DNA of 64,000 nt. It comes from Nitrospirota bacterium (lineage in GTDB: Bacteria; Nitrospirota; UBA9217). Shown here piece after piece: positions 62,256 through 64,000 of this stretch (position 1 is the stretch's first letter; every line of letters begins with the position of its first letter). The stretch covers positions 32,001 through 96,000 of the forward strand of contig CAVVOB010000038.1 in assembly GCA_963749655.1 (NCBI GenBank), read 5' to 3'. A program made the translations under genes and the position numbers. The notes under the pieces were generated by a model. It had not been told where the DNA came from. It was given only the letters and a program-made list of their open reading frames with translations, and made no database searches.

Positions 62256-64000
62256 GTGAAGCGCAAGATCATTCTTTCGCTTCTGACCGTCTTCATCATT
62301 TCCGCGATCGGCGCCGCCTTTGCGACCCTCTCCATCAAGAACACGACGGCAACCCTGAGCCGCCTTGTCAACCTGCACCAGATCGAAGACCTCCGGCAGC
62401 ACCTGGTCATGTCCATCCAGACCGTGCAGTCAGACCTCTATACCATCAATACCTCGCTGGGGCACAGGCTTGACCTCATCACCGACAACGTCACCAATCT
62501 CGAGCAGGCTTCGCGCAAATGCTCGGGCTGCCACCATACCCCGGAGATCGCGGCAAAGATCGAAGGCGTGCAGGCCCAGATCGATAAATATGAAGGAGCC
62601 CTGAGCTATTACATAACCGCATCGGCGAACGTGCAGCAGATCAACAAGCTGAAGCTCGACGCCGCGGCGATCGGCAACGAGCTGCTCGTCACAACCGGCG
62701 ATATGTCCCGGCAGGCGAGCAGCAAGCTCGAATCAATGACCCACGACGCCATGCGCAGGATCAGGCAGGCCTGGCTGATCCTTGCAGCGACCCTGTCTGG
62801 CGACTGTTGTTCTGGGGATCATGGTCGTCGTGAACCTCACCCGGTCGATCACCCGCCCCATCGACATCCTCGTCAACGCGACGCGGATGATCGCCGGCGG
62901 CGACCTCGGCTATACGATCCCGTACAAGGACCACACCGAGTTCGGCGAGCTCGCGCACCATTTCAATATCATGAGCGCGTCGCTGAAGAACGGCTATGCA
63001 AAGCTCGAGGAGGAGATCGGCGAGCGCAAACGGACCGAAGAGGCGCTCGTGAAGTCCGAGGCCTTTCTCAATACCATTTTCGACAGCATCCGCGATCCCT
63101 TCTGTATTCTCGACCGGGAATTACCGGATCGTGCGGGCGAATGAGGCCTATGCGCACATGAAAGGCAGGAAACTCGAAGAGCTCCTCGGAAAAGCGGTGC
63201 CATGCGGTTTTGCAGGGCAGCAACGATGTCTGCAACGACTGCATTGTCGGAAAGACGTTCGCGTCCGGGGACCCCTGCGCCAAGGAAAAGCCGGGGAACT
63301 CACTGCCGACGGGGTCAAGACGTGGAAGGCCATCTATACCTATCCCATCGTGGATATCGGGCGGCAACATCTCGCACGTCATCGAATACACCCAGGACAT
63401 CACGGAGCGGAAAAAGAACGAGGAGGCGCTGCGGGAGAGCGAGGAGCGGTACGCGCTGGCGGCGCGCGGCGCGAACGACGGGCTGTGGGACTGGGACCTG
63501 CGGGACAACAGGATCTATTTTTCCTACCGCTGGAAATCGATGCTCGGCTACGGGGAAAAAGAGATCAGCGATCATCCGGCCGAGTGGTTCAGCAGGGTCC
63601 ATCCCGAAGACCGCGACGAGCTGGAAGCGAGGATCAGGGCGCACCTGAACGGCAGGAACCCGCATTTCGAGGGCGAGTACCGCATCATGCACAAGGACGG
63701 CACGTACCGCTGGGTGCTGAACCGCGGTCTTGCCGTCCGCAGCAGCACGGCCAGGCCAACCGCATGTCGGGGTCGCAGACGGACATCACGTCGCGCAAGA
63801 AAGCGGAAGAACAGCTGGTGTACGACGCGTTCCACGACGCCCTGACGGGCCTGCCGAACCGCGCCCTCTTCCTGGACCGGCTCCAGCACGTCATCACCAC
63901 GTCGAAGCGCCGGAACGGCGCGCTCTATGCCGTTCTGTTCATAGACCTCGACCGCTTCAAGATCATCAACGACAGCCTCGGGCATACCGTCGGCGACCAG
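62256..64000 (+). CDS. Heme-c-HAMP-PAS-GGDEF diguanylate cyclase-type sensor (frameshifted, runs off window end)
   Basis: Periplasmic CSGCH; HAMP; PAS (NDGLWDWD); HDALTGLPNRALF...LFIDLDRFKIINDSLGHTVGD. Confidence 0.85.

Overview
GC-rich bacterial chromosomal window, probably from an anaerobic Nitrospirota or deltaproteobacterium-like organism (inferred from gene content only). It is dominated by signal transduction and also carries glgB, glgC, uvrA, transporters, a Tat-exported cytochrome locus and many intergenic palindromic repeats. At least 12 genes, including housekeeping ones, have single-base frameshifts, which suggests long-read assembly error. Main observations: (1) A hidden MerB-like gene (38468-39223, minus strand) has two in-frame UGA codons at the two MerB catalytic-Cys positions, each followed by a bacterial SECIS-like hairpin, downstream of a MerR regulator with a 19-bp-spacer promoter. 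(2) A ~15.5-kb sensory operon (11514-27036) has three output-less sensors ending in the same 'FV(G/N)RELRMxELK' coiled-coil tail, which resembles an H-box with His replaced by Arg. They alternate with orphan PhnD-like binding proteins ahead of one complete kinase. (3) A possible second small UGA-readthrough protein (49667-49891). (4) A Cys/His-rich 'ERPP'-ending leader ORF upstream of a Tat cytochrome-tatB-tatA locus. (5) A modular structured repeat with compensatory stem changes. No rRNA, tRNA or CRISPR array was recognised.
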